DNA of 64,000 nucleotides from Candidatus Colimorpha onthohippi (GTDB lineage Bacteria; Bacteroidota; Bacteroidia; Bacteroidales; P3): NCBI GenBank assembly GCA_018064565.1, contig JAGHVA010000052.1, positions 2,220 to 66,219 of the forward strand, read 5' to 3'. Shown piece by piece: positions 1 to 9,689 of this stretch (position 1 is its first letter; each line of letters starts with the position of its first letter). The notes under the pieces were generated by a model. It saw only the letters and a program-made list of their open reading frames with translations, ran no database searches and was not told where the DNA came from. The position numbers and the translations under genes were made by a program.

Positions 1-1735
1 CCGTTACGATACCACCGATAGGCAAAATAAGGCACATAGTCATGATCTTCGCCATCGGGATAATGGTTCACAACCAAGAGATTGTTTTCGTACGTCCGCA
101 GTTGAGGCTTGTCATAATCAACAATGGTAAGATAAAGTGTCATCACACTGTCGCAACCTTGAAGCGTCTGAACCGAATCGGGCGAATGGTAACATCCCGA
201 CTGGTAAAACACCGACCCCATCCACCTGTAACTATAGCCCACTACCACATACACGTTGTCATGATACGATGGGTTGACCGTAAGAGAGACCACCTCCACA
301 CTGTCGCAGCCAGCGGCAGTCTGCCCCAACTGATACACAAAAGTGGTTGACTTGCGGTAAACCTGATCATCTATCCACCGAATGCTATCGCACACCGTAG
401 TGTCAACATCCAATCGGTACGAGTTGTCAATAATGATATCTGCATGCACTACGCTATCACAACCATACATCGATCGTAACGCACGTTGCAATCCCATAGT
501 CGTGGTGGTATAAGTACGGTTGTCTATCCACTGGTAACGGTTGCAGGCTTTGATAACCACCGACGTGTCGTGCGATGGATACACTTTAATATTCGTATTA
601 TGTATGCTGTCGCAACCATCAACGGAAGTATATGGAGTTTGCACTCTCGTGGAGGCGGTATAGTCTGTTCCTTGCCACGTCAGTGTATCGCATGCCGCTA
701 TAGTTGTGTCGTAACGATACACTGGCAGCACGGTAAGATCCAGTATAACCAAGCTGTCGCAACCCGCATGATTTCGCATGCGATAAGTAGCGGTGCCCGA
801 CTGCGCATAGACCATGCCGTGCCATTCAAACGGTCCGCACGACCGAGCGGCGGTGTCGCCCGTTGAATTGCTCGATATAGTCAACTGCAATATCGTCAAA
901 CTGTCGCAACCATATTGGTTTTGCGCCCTCGATGTGTAAGTGCCCGAACTCCTGTATATATTACCATTCCAGATATACTGATGACACGCAAATTGCGGGA
1001 TTGTGGTTGTATCGGTCGGCAAGATTCGTACATTGACCGCTGTGATACTATCGCAGCCATACACTGTAGTATCCGTAACCGAGAGCAACTGCGACTGCAT
1101 GATAGTGGTATCATGCCATGTGAAATGGTGACAGCCAGAACTATCGGAAGTATCATGATACGACGGATGTATCGTTAGATGCAACGTAATCGTAATTCCA
1201 CAGTCGTTGCTTGAGATAAGCTGTTGATATGTACCACTTTGTGTATAGACACTGTCTGCAAATGTATAGCTATCACATGCCGATATCGTTGTATCTATCT
1301 CGGGTATTAAACTTATGACGAGGTTCAATCGGACAACACTATCGCACCCATAGGCAGAATGCAACGAATCGACAGCAACAGTCGAAGTGCTGTAACTGTT
1401 GCCGTGCCACACATAGTCGTGACATGTGGTTACAGATGTATCTATTTGATAGTTTGGATATATCGCGACCCGATAGGTAACAGAACTATCGCACTGCCCC
1501 TCGACTGTGCGACCCGCAGACAAGGTAATATCCCGACTCTCGGTTATAGTATTAGTTCCTAAAATGAGTTGCTGGCAGGCTGGAGTATCAATCACAGTAT
1601 TTGCAGAATAGTTTACCGTTAGATATAATGTATTGACACTGTCGCACCCCATGTCGGTAATCAACGAATCGTAATACACACCCGAGGATTGAAGCACCTG
1701 CCCGCACCATGTGTAGCTGTCGCATACCGACTGAT
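1..1735 (-). repeat. In-frame tandem coding repeat, period 141-153 nt (47-51 aa), at least 11 copies
   Basis: The plus-strand motif CTGTCGCAACC or a close variant (reverse complement encodes GCDS) recurs at about 148, 301, 454, 607, 754, 901, 1048, 1198 (degenerate), 1339, 1486 and 1639. All spacings are multiples of 3. The protein modules follow C-x2-Y-x-W-x-G-x2-Y-x2-SG-x-Y-x(8-12)-GCDS-x3-L-x-L-T-[VI]. Confidence 0.8.
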
Positions 1736-3782
1736 TTTCTACAGTTCCGACTACCCCACTGCAATCCACTGGTATCCGCTCTGTACTGAACCCCAATACA
1801 TACCATTCATCTTGCTGGAGGACTCTGCGAATATCCGTATATGGGTTGTTTGTTTTGTACGTTCTTGACACCCATACTATTGTGTCGCCATCGGTTGACC
1901 TTTCTGTATATAGATAGCGCATACTCAACGAATCATAGATTGGGTATGATTCAATATCGATAGAGTCGGACATGGGAAAATGGGCAGCAGCAAAACATGT
2001 ATAGTCCAATACCTTGACTGAGATCCAAAACGTTTTGTTTGTCGTTATGTCATAAGGAGTGTCCAACTGAACCGTTTGCATACCTGCCTCTGTAGCTGTA
2101 TAACGCTGGCTATACACCAACTGCCCCATCACTTGATTGGGATAGCCCCAGCCACCATAACGCAAAGTATTATTCATCAAGCAGTTCTCGTATATCCGCA
2201 CTTCAAAATTTCTTCCACAAATTGACCACACATCAACTGTCTTGAAATGAACCTGTGTAACCCTATAACCACTGCAAAAATTACCAAATGTCTCTGGGCG
2301 GATAATCACTTCGTTGTTGGCAGTTATCTGCTTGTATTCACTCGTAACAACTGCAGAATCCGTGCCATGATAACCCACAGGGCTTGACGCTCCATTAGGT
2401 TGCGAGACAAGCACCGATTGCCGCTGACCGTTATGTTCTATTGTGACGACAGCAGTACGGTCGGCTCCACTATTGTTGCGTGCGGCACGAATCTTGAGCA
2501 TCGTAAACAAGCCGCCACCGCTGCCCGTAGTACAACTCAACGACAGCCAACTACCCGTTGACGATGCAGTCCATGCAGAGGAGCTCTGACTTGAGCTATG
2601 CACACAGATAGTGGCACTATCGCCCCAGCGGGAGAACTCCACGCTGTTGGGTGATACGCTGAATGCAATCTGTGTAGGTTCGATACCGAAGACAGCCTCA
2701 TTTCTAAGCGAGAAGTTATTGGTTGCATTAGTACCTACACCACCTCCTTGGGGTACAAGATTGCCTATGGCGAAAAAGCCATCATACGAGCCTCCCCAGC
2801 CCCAGTTAAAATGATACTTGCCATCACTGGCATATCCATCACACACAAAAGCATGACCCGTACTGACATCGTAACCACTATACAGCACTGGCCTACCAGC
2901 ATCTAAATCGGCTTGCAGCAACGAATCCCAAACAGACTCGTTATCACTCATACGCTTATACTCACAAGTATTTTTGTACCTAAAATTCGACTTGAAAGCA
3001 TTAGCAGCATAAATCATTGGAGCACCACTTTCATTTGGACCATAGTTCATCGACGCACTCACCCCACAATGATACATCAATTGCGCTACAGCATCTATCT
3101 CTTGCTGAGTGCTACTTGCCTTTAATTCCAACGGCATGTTGTTCCAATCATACGTAGTGTTCTCAAAATCGGCAGAGAGTTCTCTGTTACCAGCACTCCA
3201 TGTATAACTATGATTGCCTTGGCCTTGTATGGGCCATTTCCAATAGCGCAACACCTGAGCCATAGCAGTAGCTACGCAACCCGTGGGACACGTTACATCT
3301 CCTACCGATGGACACAGTTGATTATAGCGCGGACGCTGGTTCCAGATAGTTTGAATCAACGGTCCCACGATGACTCTAACTGGTTCAGAACCATCGCCCG
3401 CAAAAACCATATCCCAGGCATCTTGCATATCTTGACCATCATCGGACGCCAATATCTTGGCTATCTGATTGTCATAATCGGTAATCCACGACAACATGGC
3501 ATCGGGCAGTGGCAGCTGCACCGATGATGTCAGCGAGTAGCCTAATATCGGCATAATCCTGCTATCTGCCGACACCAATACAAAGCCACGCCCTTCATTG
3601 CCTACAAACAAATACTGGTGTTTTAACCCTAACTTCGCACCAACCTCTACAAGTTGGACGTCGGGACCTCCTTGCTGCGCAACAAAACGAGACGCTTTAA
3701 GATAGGCTTGACTTAACGATATAGGCGAGGCCCACATTACCTCAGACAATACCAAAAATAGAACCAATGCAAAACGACGCAT
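1..3782 (-). CDS. C10-family (streptopain/interpain-like) cysteine peptidase, large multidomain form; 3-prime end lies beyond the window start
   Basis: Not in the supplied ORF track because no stop codon is reached in-window. Manual translation of the minus strand from the ATG at 3782 (MRRFALVLFLVLSEVMWASP, signal-like) stays open for 1260 codons down to position 3. It contains the C10 nucleophile motif CPTGCVATAMAQVLRYWKWP, the His motif TGHAFVCDGY, NWGWGG, and a BACON-like segment (SSAWTASSTGSWLSLS...AVVTIEHNGQ). At least 11 tandem Cys-pair modules follow. Confidence 0.85.
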   Translation of the reverse strand, partial: MRRFALVLFLVLSEVMWASPISLSQAYLKASRFVAQQGGPDVQLVEVGAKLGLKHQYLFVGNEGRGFVLVSADSRIMPILGYSLTSSVQLPLPDAMLSWITDYDNQIAKILASDDGQDMQDAWDMVFAGDGSEPVRVIVGPLIQTIWNQRPRYNQLCPSVGDVTCPTGCVATAMAQVLRYWKWPIQGQGNHSYTWSAGNRELSADFENTTYDWNNMPLELKASSTQQEIDAVAQLMYHCGVSASMNYGPNESGAPMIYAANAFKSNFRYKNTCEYKRMSDNESVWDSLLQADLDAGRPVLYSGYDVSTGHAFVCDGYASDGKYHFNWGWGGSYDGFFAIGNLVPQGGGVGTNATNNFSLRNEAVFGIEPTQIAFSVSPNSVEFSRWGDSATICVHSSSQSSSAWTASSTGSWLSLSCTTGSGGGLFTMLKIRAARNNSGADRTAVVTIEHNGQRQSVLVSQPNGASSPVGYHGTDSAVVTSEYKQITANNEVIIRPETFGNFCSGYRVTQVHFKTVDVWSICGRNFEVRIYENCLMNNTLRYGGWGYPNQVMGQLVYSQRYTATEAGMQTVQLDTPYDITTNKTFWISVKVLDYTCFAAAHFPMSDSIDIESYPIYDSLSMRYLYTERSTDGDTIVWVSRTYKTNNPYTDIRRVLQQDEWYVLGFSTERIPVDCSGVVGTVENQSVCDSYTWCGQVLQSSGVYYDSLITDMGCDSVNTLYLTVNYSANTVIDTPACQQLILGTNTITESRDITLSAGRTVEGQCDSSVTYRVAIYPNYQIDTSVTTCHDYVWHGNSYSTSTVAVDSLHSAYGCDSVVRLNLVISLIPEIDTTISACDSYTFADSVYTQSGTYQQLISSNDCGITITLHLTIHPSYHDTSDSSGCHHFTWHDTTIMQSQLLSVTDTTVYGCDSITAVNVRILPTDTTTIPQFACHQYIWNGNIYRSSGTYTSRAQNQYGCDSLTILQLTISSNSTGDTAARSCGPFEWHGMVYAQSGTATYRMRNHAGCDSLVILDLTVLPVYRYDTTIAACDTLTWQGTDYTASTRVQTPYTSVDGCDSIHNTNIKVYPSHDTSVVIKACNRYQWIDNRTYTTTTMGLQRALRSMYGCDSVVHADIIIDNSYRLDVDTTVCDSIRWIDDQVYRKSTTFVYQLGQTAAGCDSVEVVSLTVNPSYHDNVYVVVGYSYRWMGSVFYQSGCYHSPDSVQTLQGCDSVMTLYLTIVDYDKPQLRTYENNLLVVNHYPDGEDHDYVPYFAYRWYRN

Positions 3783-3829
3783 ACCGTATAAATTGTTAAG
3801 GATGAATGAAATCAATTCTTTGTTTATTT

Positions 3830-4819
3830 TTAATTACAAGCAGCGCAATCGATAATCATATCGTAAAGCTGTGCGGTGCTGATGCCTACCGCTCGGGCCT
3901 GCTTGGGCACTATACTCTCGGCACTCTGCCCTGGTATGGTGTTGACCTCAAGAAAGAACAACTCGTTTCGCTCGGTGTCGAAGATATAGTCAAACCGGAC
4001 CATACCGCGGCAGTTGAGCATGTCATACAACTGCGCCGACACCTCTTGAATATGGCTGCTTACTGCCTCCTCGACATCAGCAGGCGTAACCTCATTGCTG
4101 AAGCCTTGGTATTTTGCCTCGTAGTCAAAAAACTCATGTCCGCCTGTAGGTATAATCTCGGTAATAGGAAATATCCTCAATTCCCCTCTGGAACGAATCA
4201 CACCACAGTCAAACTCACGGCCCTTGATAAACTGCTCCACCAGCACCGCACTATCCTTCTCCAACGCCCATTGTATGGCAGGCATCAACTCCTCTCTGCT
4301 TTTCACCTTGCTCGTAGCCACACTGCTCCCCCCTGATGCAGGCTTCACAAACAGCGGCAGCCCCAACGCATTAACCAAGGCATCCACATCAACCTTTTCG
4401 CCCGCCTGAATCATCTTGGATTGAGCCACACTCACCACTCCAAAACTACGCACCACTGGATTGCAATAACCTTTGTTGAACGTCAACGCCGAGGTGTAAA
4501 AACCACAGGTGGTATAAGGTACCCCCAACATATCCCAATAGCCTTGCAACATGCCGTTCTCACCAGGGGTGCCGTGTATGATATTGAACACCACATCAAA
4601 ACGAACCCTTTGACCATCATCCGTAACCGTGAAATCGTTTTTATCTACCGCACCATGCGTGCCGTCCAGACGCAGCCAGTACCACCCCGTTCGGTCAACC
4701 ACTATCTTATAAACATTATATTTCGACTTATCTAATGAGGCATACACCTGCTCACCACTTGCCATCGACACAACACACTCATCCGAATAGCCTCCCATTA
4801 CCAATGCAACATTTTTCAT
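3830..4819 (-). CDS. ddl: D-alanine--D-alanine ligase
   Basis: 329 aa ORF. N-terminus MKNVALVMGGYSDECVVSMASG, then HGTPGENGMLQG, and an ATP-grasp C-terminal part (EVNTIPGQS) typical of Ddl. Confidence 0.93.
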   Translation of the reverse strand: MKNVALVMGGYSDECVVSMASGEQVYASLDKSKYNVYKIVVDRTGWYWLRLDGTHGAVDKNDFTVTDDGQRVRFDVVFNIIHGTPGENGMLQGYWDMLGVPYTTCGFYTSALTFNKGYCNPVVRSFGVVSVAQSKMIQAGEKVDVDALVNALGLPLFVKPASGGSSVATSKVKSREELMPAIQWALEKDSAVLVEQFIKGREFDCGVIRSRGELRIFPITEIIPTGGHEFFDYEAKYQGFSNEVTPADVEEAVSSHIQEVSAQLYDMLNCRGMVRFDYIFDTERNELFFLEVNTIPGQSAESIVPKQARAVGISTAQLYDMIIDCAACN

Positions 4820-4871
4820 GATAAATAATTCAATATTGTTGATAGATATTTATAGTTTTTTTTGTGTACAA

Positions 4872-5729
4872 CTACTGATTTGTAATTGGTCGATGCTGAC
4901 TATGCCTCCATCGTTTTTCGTTCTCTAACAACAGTCGGCGCGTACTATCATCACAAAACATATCTTGAAACCGTTCATAGATAATATCCACCGCCACATC
5001 GTTGGGGTGCAGCATATCTCGGTCATAAAACCGGTAGTCGCGCAACTCGTCCTGCATAATCTCATAGGCTGGAAAATAGGTGACTGAAGACTCCGACGAC
5101 TGCAGATATTCGTTGACAGCCAACAGCAACGTAGCTTTGCTTATCTGATTGCCATGAGCAGTATCCGCTAAATGACGGATTGGACTCACCGTCAAGACCA
5201 GTTTGCGCCCCTTGAGCGGCAACGAACGCAAGGCTTCTACACAGCTATCCACCGACAAGAGTTGGCGCAAAAAGCAAGCAGCAGGCAGTTTATGACAATT
5301 CGCCACCACTCGCTGACTATCCACCAAAAAATAGGCATACGCTGTGCCCAAGGTAAGCACTACGGTGTCGCACTGCTGCCAAAAAGCATAAGCCTCACGT
5401 AAAGCATCATTGCACACATCTATACACTGACGCTTGTCGGAATTGGAGAACCGAGTATGATGATACCACGAATGCCACAACCCATCGCACTGTACCAAAT
5501 CGTCCTCTAATACCTCCTGACAAGTATCTATGCGCCTTAGGCTATCGGCTATTGAAAGTGGGTTATACAGCGTCCCAAAAGGATTGCGCAACACATCAAA
5601 ACCACCCTGCTGCAAACGAAGTCCAATGGCATCGGTAAAGCAAGAGCCCACCATCATCACATGCTGCGCATGTGATACCTCAAACGGTGCCTTTACAACC
5701 GATACTGCCGTGGATAATTTTATGGCCAT
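4872..5729 (-). CDS. GSCFA-domain family protein
   Basis: 285 aa ORF with the MMVGSCFTDAIG motif (GSCF) near the N-terminus, characteristic of the GSCFA family. Confidence 0.75.
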   Translation of the reverse strand: MAIKLSTAVSVVKAPFEVSHAQHVMMVGSCFTDAIGLRLQQGGFDVLRNPFGTLYNPLSIADSLRRIDTCQEVLEDDLVQCDGLWHSWYHHTRFSNSDKRQCIDVCNDALREAYAFWQQCDTVVLTLGTAYAYFLVDSQRVVANCHKLPAACFLRQLLSVDSCVEALRSLPLKGRKLVLTVSPIRHLADTAHGNQISKATLLLAVNEYLQSSESSVTYFPAYEIMQDELRDYRFYDRDMLHPNDVAVDIIYERFQDMFCDDSTRRLLLENEKRWRHSQHRPITNQ

Positions 5730-5731
5730 CG

Positions 5732-8700
5732 TTAGCGTTTAACGGGCGTAATACCTACCACTCCTGGTATCTGCTCCAAGAGAGGAATCGCGTTACGCAC
5801 ATTGATTTTGAAATTATTGTTACTCATAGTAAGCGTCAGATTATGAACCTCATCAAACACCTGCAACTGCAATGGTACCTTACCTGGGTTCTGCTTCCCC
5901 AATGCCTTGAGCCGATTACACAACTCGGCATCAACGGCCGAAAGCAACACTTTGCAACGCAGCAATTGCGCATATCGATCAATAATACTACCCAAAGATG
6001 TGATTTCTACGATATTTAGTCGTGCTACCCCTTTGGACAACGATCCGTCAGGCAACATCTTATCCCACTGTTTGACCGTGGCTCGGACAAACACAAAACT
6101 ACCTTTCTGACAAAAAGGCGAGAACTTAACAGCTGTATCGTACGACATCTTAATCTCTATCGTCCCGTCATAATCCTCAAGCACAAAATTACAATAGGGC
6201 TTGCCGTTGTTTGCAAAAACGCCCGACTTGCTCGATGCAACCACTCCTCCCAAAGTAATATCTCTTCCTACGTATGCCTCAAGATTGTCTTTTATTGCAG
6301 ACGAATGACATACAAATGTCTTCATCTCATATTTGAACTCATCAAGTGGATGTCCGCTGATATAAAACCCGATAACCTCTTTCTCATGATTGCATCGCTC
6401 TATAGCACTCCATGGTTCGCACTCGGGTATGGGAGGATGCGCCACCCCTTTGAAATCATCGGACAGCTCAAATAGGCTCATCTGCGCGGAGTTCTTCGAT
6501 TCCTGCTCCTTTGCCGCCCAACGAGCAAGTTTCTCTATGTAAACCGACGAATTGTCGATTCCATCACAATACATGTACTGCGCACGGTGCATCTCTCCAA
6601 CACCATCAAAGGCACCTGCTTTTACCAACGACTCGAGGTTCTTGCGGTTGATTGTACGCATATCCATGCGCTCCAAGAAATCGAACACATCTACAAACGG
6701 TCCGTTCTTCTTGCGCTCGTTGATGATAGCAGTCGAGACCGACTCACCCATGCCAGAGATTGCCTGCAACCCAAAACGAATCTGACCATTTTGATTGACC
6801 GAAAAATTCAAATCACTTTCGTTGACCGAAGGCAACAGCACATCTACTCCCATACGGTGGCAATCTTCTATGTATTTGGTCGTATTCGTAATATCACTCT
6901 GCCCACTGGTAAGCACCGCCGACATGTACTCAGCAGGATAATGCGCTTTGAGATAGTCTGTCTGATAAGATACCCACGAATAACAAGTGGCATGCGATTT
7001 ATTAAAAGCGTATGATGCAAATTTCTTCCAATCCTCCCATATCTTCTTGAGTATCTCTTTGGGATGCCCGTTTTTCTCTCCCCCTTCATAAAAAAGCACC
7101 TCCAACTCGTTCATCTTCTCAATCTGCTTCTTCCCCATCGCCTTACGCAACGTATCACTCTGCCCACGTGTAAATCCCGCCAACTGGCGACTCAAAAGCA
7201 TGACTTGCTCTTGATAAACAGTGATGCCATACGTATCCTTAAGATATTTCTCCATGCAAGGAATATCATAGGTGATAGGTTTGCGCCCCTGCTTGCGATC
7301 GATAAAATCAGGGATATAATCCATAGGACCCGGACGGTATAGCGCATTCATAGCAATCAAATCCTCAAACACATGTGGCTCAAGCTCTCGCAAATATTTC
7401 TGCATGCCCTCCGACTCAAATTGGAACGTACCTACCGTATTGCCCGCACAGTAAAGATCATAGGTAAGCTGATCGTCTATCGGAATCTGATTTATATCAA
7501 TATCAATCCCTTTTGTTTTCTTGATTTCACGCAATGCGTCTTTGATAATGGTAAGTGTCTTGAGTCCCAAAAAGTCCATCTTGATAAGCCCCACTGTCTC
7601 TATCACATGTCCATCATACTGTGTTACCACTACATCCTCACCAGATACTTTATCCTTGACCGTACATACTGGAGCAAACTTGGTAAGATCGTCAGCACCA
7701 ATAATCACACCACAAGCATGTATGCCAATCTGGCGATTGGTGCCCTCCAACTCCTCCGCATACGTCAAAAGAGACTGAATTTCAACATCACTCTGACTGC
7801 TACTTGCAAATATACTTTGAAACTCAGGCAGGTACTTATAACAGTTTTTGAGTGTCACCTTTGGCGACTTTCCGTTCTCATCTTTGATTTTCTCATCAAA
7901 ACTTTTCTCTGGCACATAACTCTTGAGTCTTGACACGGTTTCGAGTGGGATATCCTCCACACGCCCCACATCCGCTATGGAACTCTTCGTCGCCATAGTT
8001 CCATAGGTGATTATATGCGCCACTTTCTCCTTGCCATATTTTTGCGTTACCCAATCCAACACACGCCCACGGCCTGCATCGTCAAAGTCAACATCTATAT
8101 CAGGCAATGAGATACGATCGGGATTCAAAAAACGCTCAAACAGCAAGTCATATTTCAACGGGTCAACATCAGTAATCCACAAACAATAAGCTACCACACT
8201 GCCCGCCGCCGACCCACGCCCAGGTCCCACACTTACTCCCAACTCTTCACGTGCGCCTCTGATATAATCTTGCACTATTAAGAAATATCCAGGAAAACCC
8301 ATCGTCTTGATGGTGTGCAACTCAAACACAATCCGATCCTTCTGCTCTTCTGTCAACTCCTCTCCGTAACGTCTGTGTGCTCCATCCCACACCAACTTAT
8401 TAAGATAGTCGGCTTCAAATTTTATTCGATACAACTTATCGTATCCACCTAACTTCTTGATTTTTGCCTCCGCTTTCTCCTGCGTCAACACCACCTCGCC
8501 TTTCTCGTTGCGAGTAAACTCATCAAAAAGCTCCTGCTCAGTAATGCGATTGCGATATTCCTCTTCTGAGCCAAAACTCTCTGGGATAGGGAACATAGGC
8601 ATGATAGGGTCGCTGTCGATACTATACACCGACACCTTGTCGACTATCTCCTGCGTATTAGCCAACGCCTCAGGCAAATCGGCAAATATAGACTCCATCT

Positions 8701-9652
8701 CTTGCGGTGTCTTGAGCCACTCTTGCTTGGTATAATGAAGGCGCTTCTCGTCTGCCACCTTGACCTGCGTGCTGATGCAGATAAGATGATCATGAGCCTC
8801 GCCATGCTCCTCCTCCACAAAATGGACATCATTGGTAGCCACTATTTTGATGCCATATTTGCGCGCCAAATCAATCAATATCGGATTTACGCGCTCCTGA
8901 CGTTCATACACATCGGTTGCACCCCCAGGCTTGTCGGTCTTATGACGTTGCAACTCGATATAATAATCATCGCCAAACACTCGCTTGTACCACTGCACCG
9001 CCTCCTCAACCAATGCCATATCACCGTGCATGATTTTTTGAGGCAACTCCCCACCAAGACATGCCGAACAGACTATCAACCCTTCATGATACTGCTCCAA
9101 CACGTTACGGTCTATCCTCGGCTTATGATAGTAACCATCAGTGTAGGCTATCGAACTGAGTTTGCAAAGATTCTTATATCCCTCTTTGTTTTTTGCCAAT
9201 AATATCAGGTGATAACCACTGGCGTCAACCACACGTTCTCTGCCCGTCTCTGGATCTAACTCCTTAAAATCTTTATCTTTATCGTACAACGTGCGCCGGG
9301 CACAATAGGCTTCAATTCCTATAATCGGCTTGAATATCTGCGCTTTGAGCTGCTCTATCTGATATGTCGCCTCCTGCTTCTCTTCGGCGGTTGACCCATC
9401 GTTGTCCAAGATAAGTTGCTGCGCCTTGATTGCATCTTTTACCTTGCCATTTTCTTTATTCGACGTGTCTATCAAATCCTTGATACCAAACATATTGCCA
9501 TGATCTGTCAATGCCATGGCATACATGCCGTTTTTTTTACACTTCTTGATCAAATCAGACACCTTCGACATGCCGTCAAGGATAGAATAATGCGAGTGAA
9601 CATGAAGATGTGTAAACATAACAACCGAATTTTCTTGTGCTTTAGCAGCCAT
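5732..9652 (-). CDS. dnaE: DNA polymerase III subunit alpha
   Basis: 1306 aa ORF. PHP-domain N-terminus HLHVHSHYSILDG, polymerase core motifs (PDIDVDF, GLIKMDFLGLKTL) and a C-terminal OB-fold region. Confidence 0.97.
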   Translation of the reverse strand: MAAKAQENSVVMFTHLHVHSHYSILDGMSKVSDLIKKCKKNGMYAMALTDHGNMFGIKDLIDTSNKENGKVKDAIKAQQLILDNDGSTAEEKQEATYQIEQLKAQIFKPIIGIEAYCARRTLYDKDKDFKELDPETGRERVVDASGYHLILLAKNKEGYKNLCKLSSIAYTDGYYHKPRIDRNVLEQYHEGLIVCSACLGGELPQKIMHGDMALVEEAVQWYKRVFGDDYYIELQRHKTDKPGGATDVYERQERVNPILIDLARKYGIKIVATNDVHFVEEEHGEAHDHLICISTQVKVADEKRLHYTKQEWLKTPQEMESIFADLPEALANTQEIVDKVSVYSIDSDPIMPMFPIPESFGSEEEYRNRITEQELFDEFTRNEKGEVVLTQEKAEAKIKKLGGYDKLYRIKFEADYLNKLVWDGAHRRYGEELTEEQKDRIVFELHTIKTMGFPGYFLIVQDYIRGAREELGVSVGPGRGSAAGSVVAYCLWITDVDPLKYDLLFERFLNPDRISLPDIDVDFDDAGRGRVLDWVTQKYGKEKVAHIITYGTMATKSSIADVGRVEDIPLETVSRLKSYVPEKSFDEKIKDENGKSPKVTLKNCYKYLPEFQSIFASSSQSDVEIQSLLTYAEELEGTNRQIGIHACGVIIGADDLTKFAPVCTVKDKVSGEDVVVTQYDGHVIETVGLIKMDFLGLKTLTIIKDALREIKKTKGIDIDINQIPIDDQLTYDLYCAGNTVGTFQFESEGMQKYLRELEPHVFEDLIAMNALYRPGPMDYIPDFIDRKQGRKPITYDIPCMEKYLKDTYGITVYQEQVMLLSRQLAGFTRGQSDTLRKAMGKKQIEKMNELEVLFYEGGEKNGHPKEILKKIWEDWKKFASYAFNKSHATCYSWVSYQTDYLKAHYPAEYMSAVLTSGQSDITNTTKYIEDCHRMGVDVLLPSVNESDLNFSVNQNGQIRFGLQAISGMGESVSTAIINERKKNGPFVDVFDFLERMDMRTINRKNLESLVKAGAFDGVGEMHRAQYMYCDGIDNSSVYIEKLARWAAKEQESKNSAQMSLFELSDDFKGVAHPPIPECEPWSAIERCNHEKEVIGFYISGHPLDEFKYEMKTFVCHSSAIKDNLEAYVGRDITLGGVVASSKSGVFANNGKPYCNFVLEDYDGTIEIKMSYDTAVKFSPFCQKGSFVFVRATVKQWDKMLPDGSLSKGVARLNIVEITSLGSIIDRYAQLLRCKVLLSAVDAELCNRLKALGKQNPGKVPLQLQVFDEVHNLTLTMSNNNFKINVRNAIPLLEQIPGVVGITPVKR

Positions 9653-9689
9653 TCTCTGTAAAAACAGAACGACCTATACCCGCTGCCTT

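Noticed and set aside
3806-4336. 176-aa plus-strand ORF antisense to ddl
   Set aside because: The opposite strand encodes a full-length, motif-bearing Ddl.
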